This document shows positions 29,681 through 42,086 of a stretch of DNA of 64,000 nucleotides, one piece after another (position 1 is the first letter of the stretch; every line of letters starts with the position of its first letter). The notes under the pieces are model-generated. The model had not been told where the DNA came from and ran no database searches. It was given only the letters and a program-made list of their open reading frames with translations. Made by a program: the position numbers and the translations under genes. This stretch comes from the human T2T-CHM13v2.0 reference genome, Homo sapiens, in NCBI GenBank assembly GCA_009914755.4, contig CP086569.2:18688001-18752000 (forward strand). The letters run 5' to 3'.

Positions 29681-30788
29681 ATTCAAAACCAGCTAATCTA
29701 TGAGTAGATGCACCCTGAATTGAATGGAACATTGCAATCTCCGTTCATTTCAGTGCAAGGGAACTCCCTCTTACTAGCAGCCTCTAACTCTTCAGTGGCC
29801 GATCACTAACAAAGATGTGGCTATGAGTCTTCACTTTCTGTTTTCTTTCCAGAAATTGGTTTAGCAAAAGAAAATGTAATGAATTTCCTTTTCTGTTTTG
29901 AACTTTTTATTAACAGTTTTTTCTTGGCAGACTCTAACATGCTGCATTATAGCTAACTGCTTTTAAACTAGTTCTGTTTCTCATTCCTCTTTGAATTTAC
30001 ATCGTACCTGCACATAATACATTTGCTATATAACAAGTGGGTACTAAATTTGGAATTAATTTCTTGGTATCCCATTTAGTCTTTTGTAAAATTGTGATCT
30101 ACAATCTCTACAGCTTTAAGAGCTAAAACTGATTTATCTATTTTCCATGTTATTTAATAAGACTTTGCCAATCTGCTGAATGTTTGCTCTGAGCTTGGCA
30201 CTGCGATAAACACATGACAGATGTTTAGCGTGTTACAGATGAGGAACCAGACTGTGGAGAGGTGAATCAAGTAACTTAAGTGATGTAATTCTTAAAAATC
30301 TGTAAAGTTTCCTAATAATAAAGACACTCTCATTTTATTTCTTAGTACATTTCTAATTATTTGAACTATATTTCTCCACCATTATTGTTGAACAGTCATC
30401 CCAGTTTATTACTTTAAAGGTAGATGCAGCAAAGTTTCCCTGTGAATATGTGTGTGTGTTGTTGGCGGGGTGGTGTTTGTAGACTTTGTTTTTTAGAGCA
30501 GTTTTTAGTTCACAGCCAGGTAGATGGAGAAGTACAAAGAGTTCCTATACACCCAGTGCTCCTACACATGCACAGTCTTTCCCACTGTCAACATCTTTCA
30601 TCAAGGTGGTACATTTTCTGCAATTGATAAACCTACCTTGACATGTCATTATTCCCAGTCTATCGTTTACATTAAATTTCACTCTTGGTGGTGTGTGTAT
30701 ATCTTTATTTTCTTTATGTTGTCATAGTTATCTAAAGATTTCATATTCCAAATTTTAAGGACACAAGAAGCTTGGTATTGTAATTATT

Positions 30789-31073
30789 TTCTTTGAGATG
30801 GAGTATCACTCTGTTGCTCAGGCTGGAGTGTAGTGGCATGATCTCGGGGTGCAAACTTTGCCTCCTGGGTTCAAGCAATTCTCCCACCTCAGCCGCTCAA
30901 GTAGCTGTAATTACAGGTGCTCACCCAAGTACCCAGCTAATTTTTGTATTTCTAGTAGAGGTGGGGTTTCACCATGTTGGCCAGGTTTGTCTTGAACTCC
31001 TGATCTCAAGTGATCCATTTGCCTCAGCCTCCAAAAGTGCAGGGATTACAAATGTGAGCCACAATGCCTGGGC
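30789..31073 (-). mobile_element. Alu SINE
   Basis: tttgagatggagtatcactctgttgctcaggctggagtgtagtggcatgatctcgg...ggtttcaccatgttggccaggtttgtcttgaactcctgatctcaagtgatcc...tgagccacaatgcctgggc. Confidence 0.9.
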
Positions 31074-31175
31074 TTAGTACAGTATTTGAATGAAAATTTT
31101 AAGCATGTTGAGTTTCCTCATAAGCAACCAAACTTTACTTATCGGTTTTATAAGTGTATTTATTTACCTATTTAT

Positions 31176-31460
31176 TTTTTAGTAGTAGTGTCTCACTCTG
31201 TCACCAAGTCTGAAGGGCAGCGGTATAATCTCAGCTTACTGCAATAACTGTCTGCTGGGTTCAGGCAATTATACTACTGCAGCCTTTCAAGCGGCTGGGA
31301 GTACAGGCACACACCACCACATTCTGCTATTTTTTTTTTTTTTTTTTTTATAGATACTGGGTTTCTTATGGTGGGCAGTGTTGTTTTGAATTCTGAGCTC
31401 ATGTCATCTGCCCGCTTAGCATGCCCAAGTGCTGTAATTACAACTGTGAGTCATTGTGCC
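31176..31460 (-). mobile_element. Alu SINE with an internal poly-T
   Basis: agtagtagtgtctcactctgtcaccaagtctgaagggcagcggtataatctcagcttactgcaa...gctgggagtacaggcacacaccaccaca...gctgtaattacaactgtgagtcattgtgcc. Confidence 0.85.
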
Positions 31461-32069
31461 TTGTCTGGAATTCATCTTTGATATATCTTTCTCTAATTTC
31501 ATAATCACTCCATATTCTACTTATTGTGTAATTACCAGTTGTATAATTCTTATAACAGGAATTCATCCTGCTCAAACAACTTAATGGTTTCTCCTAATAG
31601 AAGATGCCAATGCTAAATGTTTTCTTTGAAGGAAATCCATTTGAAAACATATCAGTGTTCTCAGAGTAGACATAATTATTGATATATACTGTAGTAGAAA
31701 CAGATATAAATAGCTGCCCAAAATGTCTGTTTGAGAGTATTTTAAGTGCATTTTAATCATGATTGTAAAGACAGTGAAAATTCAGTTTATTTAAATTTTA
31801 AACACTACTTTCAAAAAAATGTAATTGAATGACATTTGACGTAAAATACTTAGAGGTTAATTACATGATCAAGAAAGATATTTTATTATTTTGACCTCAC
31901 TATGTTTTTGTAATGTATCTAACAGTGTAAGAAAGAGCTTCAATTTTGCTTTGTAATCTTATTTTTTTGAAGGATGTTTCTTAATCTCATATTCATAAAT
32001 ATATTATAATGTGTCATTTAAACACTGCTATAAGCATGTGTCTAAGTAGGAACTTTTAATTTTCTTAAG

Positions 32070-32137
32070 GTATTTACTATGCAGGATGGATTGCACTCAA
32101 TAAAAATCACCGTACTTCAGGTTTCTAGAAATCACCG
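32070..32137 (+). pseudogene. OFD1: OFD1-like exon (parent region [24 protein letters not shown]) with a frameshift
   Basis: Acceptor ttcttaag| then GTA TTT ACT ATG CAG GAT GGA TTG CAC TCA ATA AAA ATC ACC GTA CTT CAG GTT TCT AGA AAT CAC CG |gtaaga. Translation VFTMQDGLHSIKITVLQVSRNH. Homology continues only after a -1 shift near ATCACCGTACTTC. Confidence 0.7.
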
Positions 32138-33092
32138 GTAAGATTACTTAGTTTCTGTAATCTACTTTGGTTTGTTAATTATAGCTGAATAGCATTATAA
32201 AGGGAAAATATGTTTTTAATAGGTCTCAGGATTTGATAAAGAAAACCAAAAATGTAGGAGTCTACGTATTTGTAAAGTATAGCAAGGTTTTTCTATGTAG
32301 TTTTCCTTATAAAAGAATGGAGCAAATTTTGAGGGAGAAGTGTAAGACATTTCATTTCATTTAAATTACATGTTTTCCCTTGCTCACCACATCTTAGTTT
32401 GTAAACAATAGTTCACCTGTTCTGCAGGTCATTATTCCCATATTTTCACTTTTGTAATAACTTTATATAGTCAAATAAGAAAACTTCAGACAGTATCAAG
32501 AGTCCTGCAGACACACTAAGAGATACTGTTTGTAAACATATCCGCTGTTGGCAAAATTTCTAAAAAAAAAAAAACATTCAAAAACCTGCCTTTTAGGCCA
32601 GGTGTCTTTGTATACTAGGTATGCCTCTCAAATACAATTGATAGAGTATTAAATGTATTAATATGTCATTAATGAATAGAATATGTGTTTGGTAAAGTGT
32701 AATATAACTTTTGTTCTTAAATGTTTACGCAGACCTGATTAATTGCCTTAATTTTGGCCTTCATACAAAAGATTTATAAAGTTTGTAACTACTGTGGGTT
32801 TCACACCATTTGTTAGACTTGATAATGGGCTTTGTAGCATGAACATAAGCTGGCAACTTGCCTTTTAATGCTTAGTTATCCCTTAGGTCTTTTAAAATAA
32901 TCTGTGAATTAGTAATGGTCCTTTTGTGTTGTTACCCCCTTGGGATTTTGTCTGTTACATGCATTTCTATAATCCCCACAGAGACATTTATTCATTCATC
33001 CATTCATTCAGAACTTAATCATTTGAGTATATACTTTTGCCAGCCATTGGGGCTGTGTATTAATTTCCCAAGCTTCATTGTAATAATGTGAA

Positions 33093-33150
33093 GGAAGAAA
33101 GGAAGGCAGGAAAGAAGGAAGAAAGAAAGAAAATAAAAGAAACTGTGGTA
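33093..33150. repeat. (GGAA)n/(GAAA)n microsatellite
   Basis: gaaggaagaaaggaaggcaggaaagaaggaagaaagaaagaaaataaaag. Confidence 0.8.
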
Positions 33151-33296
33151 GCAGTTCTCATAGTTCTCACACTGTGACACCACCTTTTAATTTTTATGTA
33201 GTGAGATTGATAAATATTTCTCCTTATTGCTTCCAGGTTTCATGTCATGCATGGGAAGGACTTTTTTCAGATTTACTCTTAAAAGCTATAACCAGA

Positions 33297-33495
33297 CAAA
33301 GAGGCTCATTCCTGTGATTCCAGCACCTTGGGAGGCCCAGGTAGGAGGATCACCTGAGGCCACGAGTTTGAGATCAGCTTGGGCAGGCAGCATAGGAAGA
33401 CCCTGTCTATACAAATAATAATATTAATAATAGTAATAATAATAATAATAAATAAATTAGCTCAGTGTGGTAGATGGTGGTAAATGCCCGAGCAT
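33297..33495 (+). mobile_element. Partial Alu (left monomer plus start of right arm) with an expanded (TAA)n linker
   Basis: ggctcattcctgtgattccagcaccttgggaggcccaggtaggaggatcacctgaggccacgagtttgagatcagcttggg... then aataataatattaataatagtaataataataataataaataaattagctcagtgtggtagatggtgg. Confidence 0.75.
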
Positions 33496-33777
33496 TTTCA
33501 ACATATAGAAAAGTTGAAACAATTGTAGTCAACATTTACATACCTACCACCTAGATTTCACGATTACATTTGTATTATACATACTTCATCATTTTTGTCT
33601 GTCCATCTATTCATCTATCTTGCTTTTTTTTTTTTTTTTTTTTTTTTGTATTTCAAAGTAAATTGCAGACACCCATATTTTCCCCTAAGTATACTCTACT
33701 TTTGAGCTAGAAGTCTGGCCTCTTACACACCTGACCATGCTTCTGTGTCCTAATTTGACCTGTTACTTTTTAATAGC

Positions 33778-33913
33778 TGACAACCTTCAGCTTATTGGTG
33801 ATCAACTGGCAGATGCTTATCCTAAGCATATAAAGTTTGAGTCTTTAGAAATAAAGCTAAATGAAGATAAGAGAGAAATAGAAAAGCAACTTCTGGCAGA
33901 AATGTGTCAAAAG
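33778..33913 (+). pseudogene. OFD1: OFD1-like exon (parent region [47 protein letters not shown])
   Basis: Acceptor ttttaatag| and donor CAAAAG|gtaatc. Translation (A)[45 protein letters not shown] is about 80% identical to OFD1. The 5' part is 4 nt shorter than expected, so it is out of frame with upstream exons. Confidence 0.85.
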
Positions 33914-34648
33914 GTAATCTTTATCTTGTTACAGTTAATAAGGCATGTTTTTGTTGGCCATCTAAAGATTTAATCTTAGATATACTAAAAAATACCTGGA
34001 ATTTTTAATAAAAAATAGGGTACTTCACTGTTTTGCATATCAATTTTTTTCTGATGAGATTTGTTTATTCCTTTTGATTCAGTCCTACAAATACAGCAAA
34101 TGGTATAAAATGATAGATTAAATAAATATAACACATTTGGACAGAACATTAATGTGGAGACTAGCTGTGGAGGGAGAATCTGTTACTGCACTTATATTAT
34201 AATGATTGGAACTTTTATATTTGTAATCAATTCACAATTGAAGTTTTTTATGAAAGTTATAATAGAGTGTGAGAAGGAATTATCTATGTTCTGAAATGAT
34301 TTTGAGAAAGCTTGTCAAGCGGAATCTGAAAACTTTATTCTTTGGAAAAAGAGTACCCTTGAGAGACATCAAAAGCACCAAGAGGTGGTATTTACAAATA
34401 TTTTACTGGGTGGCTATTTCCTACAGCTGTTACTGGATTGACTCAAGGAATGAGATGTTACAATTGATGGAACAAGGTCCCAGAAGAGCAGTAGGGACTG
34501 TGGCCAAGACTGAAAATAAAAGAATGATGGGCCTTGAAAAGGATACAGATTTGCATCCTTTGAGTCTTCTGGAAATGCAAGATTTGCAGAGGTGATCAGC
34601 CAAGTTGGAATTATGAGAAACACACTCTAAAAAACTTCATCTTCTCAG

Positions 34649-34703
34649 GCAAATTAAGGAGATAGATGAAAGGTTTCAGGAGCAGCTTGGAGGTGCAGAG
34701 TAG
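34649..34703 (+). pseudogene. OFD1: Possible OFD1-like exon fragment (parent region EIAKIKMEAKKKYEKEL)
   Basis: cttctcag| then G CAA ATT AAG GAG ATA GAT GAA AGG TTT CAG GAG CAG CTT, giving QIKEIDERFQEQL. The IxKIxxE..F/YEK/QEL pattern is weak, and there is no GT donor. Confidence 0.3.
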
Positions 34704-36280
34704 CTCATGTGGGTAATGTATGAACAGCTCTTTACAGCAGAGCAGACTGATTACCTGTACTGAAGGCCCAGCTGTGGTGGGGGTAACCCTGGAAGTGAGA
34801 GAGACAAAACCACATGTTTGTAGGCAAGTTTTCTGTTCTACCTCTGGGGAGGAATTTTAAGGGTCTCTCTTGCTGTCCCTTTCAGTGAGGGTGGAAAGAT
34901 GGAGATGCTTGGGAAGTGGAGATTTGCAGAACATAATTCAATGTCCTTGAGAAAGGCAGCCTATCTCATGAAGATTCCCTGGATCTCCTGTGTAGTGATG
35001 GTAAGCAGAGGAGAGGGCAGGTGGCTGGTAACCTAGGGGGAAAGGGAGGGTTGAGTGGTAGTTTCAGTGATAAAGAACTAGATCTGGAGAGACTGGCAAG
35101 TGGAAGAATAAAGATGGTCCAGGAGTGCAGAACTGCAGAATGAGGTTTCAGGTAGAGAGTGGAAGTCAAAGGTACTGTGCTGCCATTGGATGGAGCCATG
35201 GAAATGAGCAAGAGTAAAGATCCCTGGAGTGAAGGAGTCACCAGGGCCCCAAGGGTCATCCATGTGGCCATTTGATCTCATCACCAGGAAAGTAACTTGA
35301 AAGGAGATGAAGGGGATGAGGAGTGGCAGGGAGTTTGTGTTGGCAAGTTGGGTTGGATCTACTCCTTTAAGAAATTGTATTCCTTTTCCATGTGAATGTC
35401 TTAGACCACACAGGATTCACAGCAGTATTTCAAACATACATCTAAAACTGCTGCTGCCAGATGTTAAAAGTAGGAAGTCTTCCCCCTAGTGCCCACTCTT
35501 GCTTGGAGCTTCTCAATGAGACATAGTTGTTTAATGCTAAGGGCACTCACTCTAAAATTTTCCATAGCATTTCTGGAAATTCAGCTTGCTTCAGTTATAA
35601 AATTGAATGTTGGATGCACAGATCTTAGAGATGATTAGATTGTGTTTAGACTAATAACTTCATCTTCAAGATAGGTGACTGACTAAGTTTCTGTTTATTC
35701 AACCGTGAATATCTGAAGCCTTTGAGGAAGATTGTCATTCTCATAAAAACCACCATGCCTGTATTTCCCCACCTGCAATATCAATCCTGTCTCTCTCTGA
35801 TAAAACCATAGTGTCATTCAAGGCCCAGCTTTGGTGTCACCCCTGAGATGCCTTCCCTGACTCCCACTGAGCAACTCATTTAGGTCTTATTCCTGTCTGC
35901 AGTCTTTATTTACCTCAGTTATAAAATTATCCTATCTTAGCGTGATTGTTTCTCCCTGACTATACTGTGAGGTCTTCAGAGATGAGGACTACATCGGTCT
36001 ACATTTTTATATCAAGTTCCTAGTATGCTGCTTGATATATGATAGAGAGTAAATTCTTACTCTGTGAAGACATAAGTGTAATGTTGGCTCATTCATTTAT
36101 AAGTTCATGTGAGCTTACTAACTCTGAATCACAATGACTCATGAACATTTAGATGACTCAGAAACATTCAGGCAGCACCACCACTAAAATCCATGGGGAT
36201 TTTATTCCTTTGGAGTTTTATTTCTGAATGTACATTTTGTTTATTTATTTTCCTGAAGAACTTCCCAAATTTTAGTTAAG

Positions 36281-36566
36281 GGGGCTAGGTCTGGTGGCTC
36301 GTGCTTATAGTTTTAGCACTTTGAGAGGCTGAGATGGGGATCTCATTTGAGCTCAGAGGTTCAACACCAGTCTGGGCAGCATGGCACCACCTCATCTCTA
36401 AAAAAAAATTAGGGGAACTCGGTGATGTGTGTTTGTAGTCTCAGCTACTCAGAAGACTGAGGTAGGATGATGCCTTGAGTCTGGGAGGCAGAGGTTGCAT
36501 TTACCCAAAATCACAACACTGCACTCAAGCCTGAGCAACAGAGCAGAACCGAGTCTCAAAACAAAG
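36281..36566 (+). mobile_element. Alu SINE (older, diverged)
   Basis: gggctaggtctggtggctcgtgcttatagttttagcactttgagaggctgagatgggg...ctcagctactcagaagactgaggtaggatgatgccttgagtctgggaggcagaggttgca. Confidence 0.85.
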
Positions 36567-36727
36567 ATTACCTAAAATTACCTAAGGGACTGAGATATGT
36601 TAATTAAGTAGCATAGATTACACGGGGATGTTAACAATATATGGAAATGTACTTTAACAGAAATTGGGAGAGTAAATGTAAATACATGTGCCGCTGGAAT
36701 AGCTAGTTGAGGAAGACATTGAATTGG

Positions 36728-37026
36728 ATTTTTTTTTTTTTGAGATGCAGTTTTAATCTTTTGCCCAGGCTGGAGTGCAATGGTACTACCTCAACTCACT
36801 GAAACCTCTGCCTCCCAGGTTCAAGTGATTCTCCTACCTCAGCTTTCCAGTTAGCTGGGATTAAAGGTGCCGACCACCTTACCCAGTTAATTTTTGTAAT
36901 TTTTGTAGAGATTGTGGTTTCACCATATTGGGAAAGGCTGGTCTCAAGCTTTTGACCTCAGGTGATCAGCCTGTTTTGGCCTCACAAAGGGCTAGGATTA
37001 CAGCAGTGAATCACCATGCCCAGCTG
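36728..37026 (-). mobile_element. Alu SINE
   Basis: Poly-T then gagatgcagttttaatcttttgcccaggctggagtgcaatggtactacctcaactcactgaaacctctgcctcccaggttcaagtgattctcctacctcagc...gaatcaccatgcccagct. Confidence 0.9.
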
Positions 37027-37145
37027 AGTAGGAATCACTTGAAGGGGAAATTGTATTCTTAATTTCTGTACTTTGTTTTTTGGAATTTAGTTAGAAGTAT
37101 ATTTATTTCAATTTGTTCTGCTTCCATTAACTTTCTTGCTAAAAC

Positions 37146-37452
37146 TTTTTTTTTTTTTTTTTTTTTTGAGAAATAGTCTTGCTCTGTCACCCAGGCTGGA
37201 GTACAGTGGTGTGATGTCGGCTCATTGCAAATTCTGCCTGTCAATTTCAAGCAATTTCCTGCCTCAACCTCCTGAGTAGCTGGAATTACAGGTGCCTGCC
37301 ACCATGCCCAGGTAACTTTTGTATTTTCAGTAGAGATGGGGTTTTGCCACCTTGGCCGGTGTGATCTTCATCTCCTGACCTCGTGACCTATCTGCCTCTG
37401 CCTCAGTCTCCCAAAATGCTGGGATTACAAGCATGAGCCACAACAATCGGCC
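37146..37452 (-). mobile_element. Alu SINE, inserted immediately upstream of an OFD1-like exon acceptor
   Basis: A 24-T run then gagaaatagtcttgctctgtcacccaggctggagtacagtggtgtgatgtcggctcattgcaaattctgcctg...gggattacaagcatgagccacaacaatcggcc. Confidence 0.9.
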
Positions 37453-37473
37453 AAAATTAATGCTTTTTTACAG

Positions 37474-37580
37474 ATTGAAACAAGAAAATCTATGCTCAAA
37501 GCCTTGTTTTACTAAAAGATATAGATTTGTTAAGAGGAAAAAAGGCAAAGCTAAAGCAGAGAGTTGAAGCTTTTGAATTA
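37474..37580 (+). pseudogene. OFD1: OFD1-like exon (parent region [38 protein letters not shown]) with a frameshift and a lost GT donor
   Basis: Acceptor tttttacag| then ATTGAAACAAGAAAATCTATGCTCAAAGCCTTGTTTTACTAAAAGATATAGATTTGTTAAGAGGAAAAAAGGCAAAGCTAAAGCAGAGAGTTGAAGCTTTTGAATTA. Reading [31 protein letters not shown] needs a frame shift after QIETRK. The exon end is followed by tgcata, not GT. Confidence 0.8.
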
Positions 37581-38884
37581 TGCATATGCATGTTTATCTT
37601 GAATCTTCGGAATGATGAGATTAAAAAGAATTACTAAATATATGTCTAAATATTGTAATGTTTACTGACAAGTAGAATTATTTTTTATAAAGGTGATCTC
37701 ACCCAGCATTAGAAGTTACACATTAACAGAAACAAATATTAGGTCTGTGCTTTTGAAATATTAAACGTTAACATGAAATGCTATCACTAGGCTACAGTAA
37801 CACCAAATAGAAAATTTGGAGAAGCTGTATGACACTTGAACAGATCATACATTTTAAAGTTAACTTCAGACCTTCAGGTCTGATATTTTTGTGTGTTTAT
37901 GTATTGTAGCCGAATTCCAAATATCCAGGCCTGAAGCTTTTACCTGCTCTGTGCTCAAAAAAGGAAGTATTGTGGTTTGACTTGTACTGGATGAAACTAT
38001 TTCTCAATGCTATTCACTTTTTCTGTGTGCTCAGAAATGTTTCATCCTTCATATATTACCTGGGATTGACAGAAAGCTCACCTGTGTATAGTTTGCACAA
38101 GAAGTTTTCCTTTCCATTGGGAATATTCTGTTAATTGACACCCATAGATATTTTAGGCTTTTAGCTCATTAAAGAATTTGTCCCCATCTTATTTAACGTT
38201 GTTTTCTCACTTCTATAGGTTTGATTTTTTATTTCAGCCCACTGTGTATCTTACTCTCTTTTTGGCAGTAATGAAAAGGTAGATTAAACGAGAGAGAGAG
38301 AGAGAGACGAAAAAAAGAGAAACATTTGGGCAAGGAGTGTGTGTCACTTTTTTTAACCTCCATTTTCTCTACTCCTTTTCCCTTCTCTCAGCGTATATAC
38401 ACAATCAATGTAGTTTACCTCTCCATGGCGTTCCAGATTACCAGAAGAGGGAGCTAATACCTGGAGCTTTTAACTGCTCTTAGACTAGTTAGTGTTTTGC
38501 AGTGCTTCTCAGGATGGCTGGATCTCATCTCCTGTGAATCCACCTCCCTGGCTGGGGAGTTGGTGTAATGGGTGATTTGAAGTCTCACTATGAAGATCAT
38601 TCTATTCTTAAGTATGTGGAAGCCCTGAATGACCCATCTATCTGTTGCCCTCTCTTTTGGTACTTGATCAATATTCAATCAATCGGTTTTTTTTTTTGTT
38701 TGTTTCATAGGGATTTTTTGTTGGTGTTTTTTGGTTTTAAGAGACAGGGTCTTGCTATGTTGTCCAGGCTGGTCATGGAGCAGTTTTAGTCTGTTGAACT
38801 AAAAAGGTGTCACGTGATGTTTTTCCTAAATTTGTTAACTCAGCTATTATAGTTTATTTACTTTATGTTTTTTGCTAATTTCAG

Positions 38885-39003
38885 AACCCAGGAACTCCAG
38901 GAAGAAAAACATAAAAGCATGACTGAGGACTTAGGAGATGGGAGCAGAATACAAAGTGTCTTGAGGAAACCTATGACTGAAACCTAAAAAACGTACTTCT
39001 AAA
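38885..39003 (+). pseudogene. OFD1: OFD1-like exon (parent region [40 protein letters not shown]) with a frameshift and an in-frame TGA
   Basis: Acceptor aatttcag| and donor CTTCTAAA|gtaattg. Translation [23 protein letters not shown]... then a shifted frame gives FEETYD*NLKNVLLK. TGA at 38978-38980 replaces the parent Arg codon of YDRKLK. Confidence 0.8.
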
Positions 39004-39849
39004 GTAATTGTTTGGCACATTTGAAGAAGTAATATGTTTAAATTACATTTGTAGAAATATAACAAAAGCCGAGGAAGTAGTCTATGATTAATCTTTTATG
39101 CAAACTTTAGTGTTAAAAATACATATGTTTATCAACAGCCAATATATTCTTGCATTTGAGTTAGGGTAGCTTTTAAAAGATAAGGTGTAGAAAAGCACAT
39201 CCTCTGTTCTTCTTACTCATGGCTTCTTGAATATTTATCAAGGACTGAGATTTGCTTTAAATTTCAGGGCACGTTGCGACTTGCTCAGGTTGCATAATTA
39301 ATAAGATGTAGTTTGAATTATAATAACTTTTAGTTTCCTTTTTCTCTACCACACTCATACTGCCACAAAGATGGGGATATCTAACAATGTATAAAGTATA
39401 CTTAGTGGTCAGATTGTTTGTCAGTGAACGTGTGTCTTGTATTCCTTCATGATTCTGCAAAGTCATGATCACAAGAAAGGAGCTAAAATTAACTATGTGG
39501 GGCAAAAATTGATATAGGGAAAGCAAAATATGGACAACTGTCGTTAATTTGGCTTTGCTTTACTCTCACCTTGTGTATAAGTGAGTAATACGTCAGTTGT
39601 AAGACTTTATGCCCATGTGGTAACTTTTCAGTGGGTTCGAAAGCATCTGACACATACAAAATCCTCAGTTAATATTTGCTGTTAATGTGTCCGGAAGAGA
39701 TGACTCAACTCACGTGCTCTGGGCATTTATTTATGTGGCCTGTTTTTAATTGCCTTCCTCATAATTTATCATCAATATTCCATTACACAGAACTTGCAAA
39801 GGTTTCTTGAGGTTATTCTATAAACAAATTCTATTTTTAAAATATAGAA

Positions 39850-39990
39850 CAGTTATTTATAGATTCTGAATTCCCAATATATTCTCAATATATTTTCATA
39901 AATCTGTAGTCGTCGAGAAGTTGGCAGAAGCTTATTGCCTCTGGTACATATTACTTCTAACCACGAGAAACTTTACTTTTCGTGATGAAA
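39850..39990. repeat. Local direct repeat, copy A; homologous to 41160-41295
   Basis: atattttcataaatctgtagtcgtcgagaagttggcagaagcttattgcctctggtacatattacttctaaccacgagaaac compared with atattttgataaatctgcaattatcaagaagctggcagcaacttattgcctctggtgcctattacttttagccatgagatac. Confidence 0.7.
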
Positions 39991-40840
39991 ATGAAGTATT
40001 TTATCCAATTTTTTGGTCAGTTTCTATATTAAAATAGCTGACATGAAGTTTCTGTAATTTTTTTAATAATACATTTATTAGTAGTTTTTAGTAATTTTTA
40101 GTTTTACAGTTAGTAATTTTTAGTAATACATTTATTAAAGTATGTTAATTTTATATAGTTATGGAGCTAGTGAACTGTTTGGTACCATTGTGACAGCTTC
40201 CATGGCCTGCATGGTGTATTTCTGGCTTTGGGAGTTCTCATATGACTTTGGCAAGCTTGGAGTTTGAGGACTGTTCACAACAGGAATGTTTCTTCATCCT
40301 TTTGGAATCAAAAGTCAACTTGTAAAAGCTGAGAAACAAAAGTAAAAATGTGAAAATGTGCCTTTGGATATTGCTAATTCAGATATAATGCTTTTAGCAC
40401 CTGGTTCCCTGGACTGGGCTTTGTCCCTGGGCCCAAAATCCTTACATTTGTTTGGGCTGTGCAGATAGTACAGGTGGGTTGAAAGTGACTGTCTAATTAT
40501 CATTTGGGATTGAGTCTGTTGTGTGCTGTGTAAATTTAACTGTCTTCCCTGTTCTTTGGGCCAGTTGAGACCAACTGGAAAGGAATGCTTTCAGTAACCT
40601 TATGAAAACACAACCCTGCATTTTGTATGATTGTGCTTTATAACACCAAGGCAGGGTTTTGTTGGACATTTTATGTTTGAAAGTCATATCCCTGGCTTTA
40701 GCACTGAGGGACTTTGAAGTCCCACAATGTCATATTCAGCGCCCTCAGCTGTATCTGTACCATAGATAAGGTCCTGCATTGATAAGCATCTTTCTGGAAA
40801 GACAACTGTGAAACTTATATTTACTCGTTCTGATACTCAG

Positions 40841-40914
40841 ATATCAACTTCAACTAACGGATGACTACATCATTAGAACTAGTCGAGTGATTGAAGAGGA
40901 AAGGAAGAATAAAG
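40841..40914 (+). pseudogene. OFD1: OFD1-like exon (parent region [24 protein letters not shown])
   Basis: Acceptor tactcag| then ATATCAACTTCAACTAACGGATGACTACATCATTAGAACTAGTCGAGTGATTGAAGAGGAAAGGAAGAATAAAG |gtattg. Translation [24 protein letters not shown]. The frame is intact and both splice sites are canonical. Confidence 0.85.
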
Positions 40915-41159
40915 GTATTGTTTGGGTGGGGCAAGAAGCCGTAGTTTTCAGTTTTGATACAAGGTATTAGCTTCCCTAGTTGAGTCTGTTTTATATTAAA
41001 AAATAGCTTATGCTATTTTTCTTGTCTATAGTACACTTTTGGTGTAATATTAATTATCTAAAATTTAAAAAAAGAATTGTCTTCCCTCCTTTTGAGAAAC
41101 CATTATTTTTAATATTTTATATAAACAGAAAGCCCAGAGATTTTTTTCTGGATATTTTA

Positions 41160-41295
41160 TTAAACTTTATTTCAACATATTTTGATAAATCTGCAATTAT
41201 CAAGAAGCTGGCAGCAACTTATTGCCTCTGGTGCCTATTACTTTTAGCCATGAGATACGTTCTTTTTCACTTATGGAAAAATTTTAACTTCTCTG
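41160..41295. repeat. Local direct repeat, copy B; homologous to 39850-39990
   Basis: See copy A. The two copies are about 1.3 kb apart and bracket the OFD1-like exon at 40841-40914. Confidence 0.7.
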
Positions 41296-42018
41296 TTTCC
41301 TGTGACATAGCTTCTTATTTTGTTGCCTTCTCATATTTTTTTTTATTTATAATATTTTTACTTTACATATAACCTCCTGAATTCTTGTGTATATTGCCCT
41401 TGAGACTGGAAGATGAGTAATGTCTCAATCTTCAGATATTTTATATTTCAATATATTTTTAGGAAATTGCCTGTAATGAGAAGTGAAGTTTTGGTGGAAT
41501 ATTCAAATAGATTCTTGGGAGTATACCAAAGTAGTTATTTGATGTTGTCCAGACACCCAGTGTGTGGCTTCCCCTTTTACTACTATCTTGTGGAGACTAA
41601 CACTTCTTTTATAAATTAGTACCATCATCTATGTAACAAATTTTGCCTTGATATTATATCTACATAGATTCAAGTTAGATAAAATGAAAATGACAAAGTA
41701 ATACCTACAATACAATAACAATATTGTCTTTTACAATATAGTAACAGACAGATCTTCTTCTTCAAGGAACTTAAAACCTCTCTGGTTAGCAGGTGTAGAT
41801 GGTGGAATTTCACCACATAGATGACAGTTATAGCTTCACGTCACCTGTTAACTAACAGGGCTTATTTCTTACTTGCCTGTGAAAATTTTATTCCCTACAC
41901 AGGCTATTTCATATTATAAAATAATGGTCATTAGGTCTGACAGACTGGCCATAAATATTAAATAGCTTTTGTATTCACAAGGAAAACATTATGATGTTTA
42001 AAGGGCTATTTATTTCAG

Positions 42019-42086
42019 GAAAAGCTGTTTACTTGCAAGAGGAGCTCACAGTTAGTAATCCAAAAAAGGAGGAACTCAATCAATCT
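42019..42086 (+). pseudogene. OFD1: OFD1-like exon (parent region [23 protein letters not shown]) with a 1-nt deletion. Weaker homology continues to about 42125.
   Basis: Acceptor tatttcag| then GAAAAGCTGTTTACTTGCAAGAGGAGCTCACAGTTAGTAATCCAAAAAAGGAGGAACTCAATCAATCT |gtaagt. In the -1 frame it reads [22 protein letters not shown]. The next 40 nt (gtaagttttatgtaagaactccaagaatttt) still resemble the parent VNRVKELELEL coding sequence. Confidence 0.75.
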
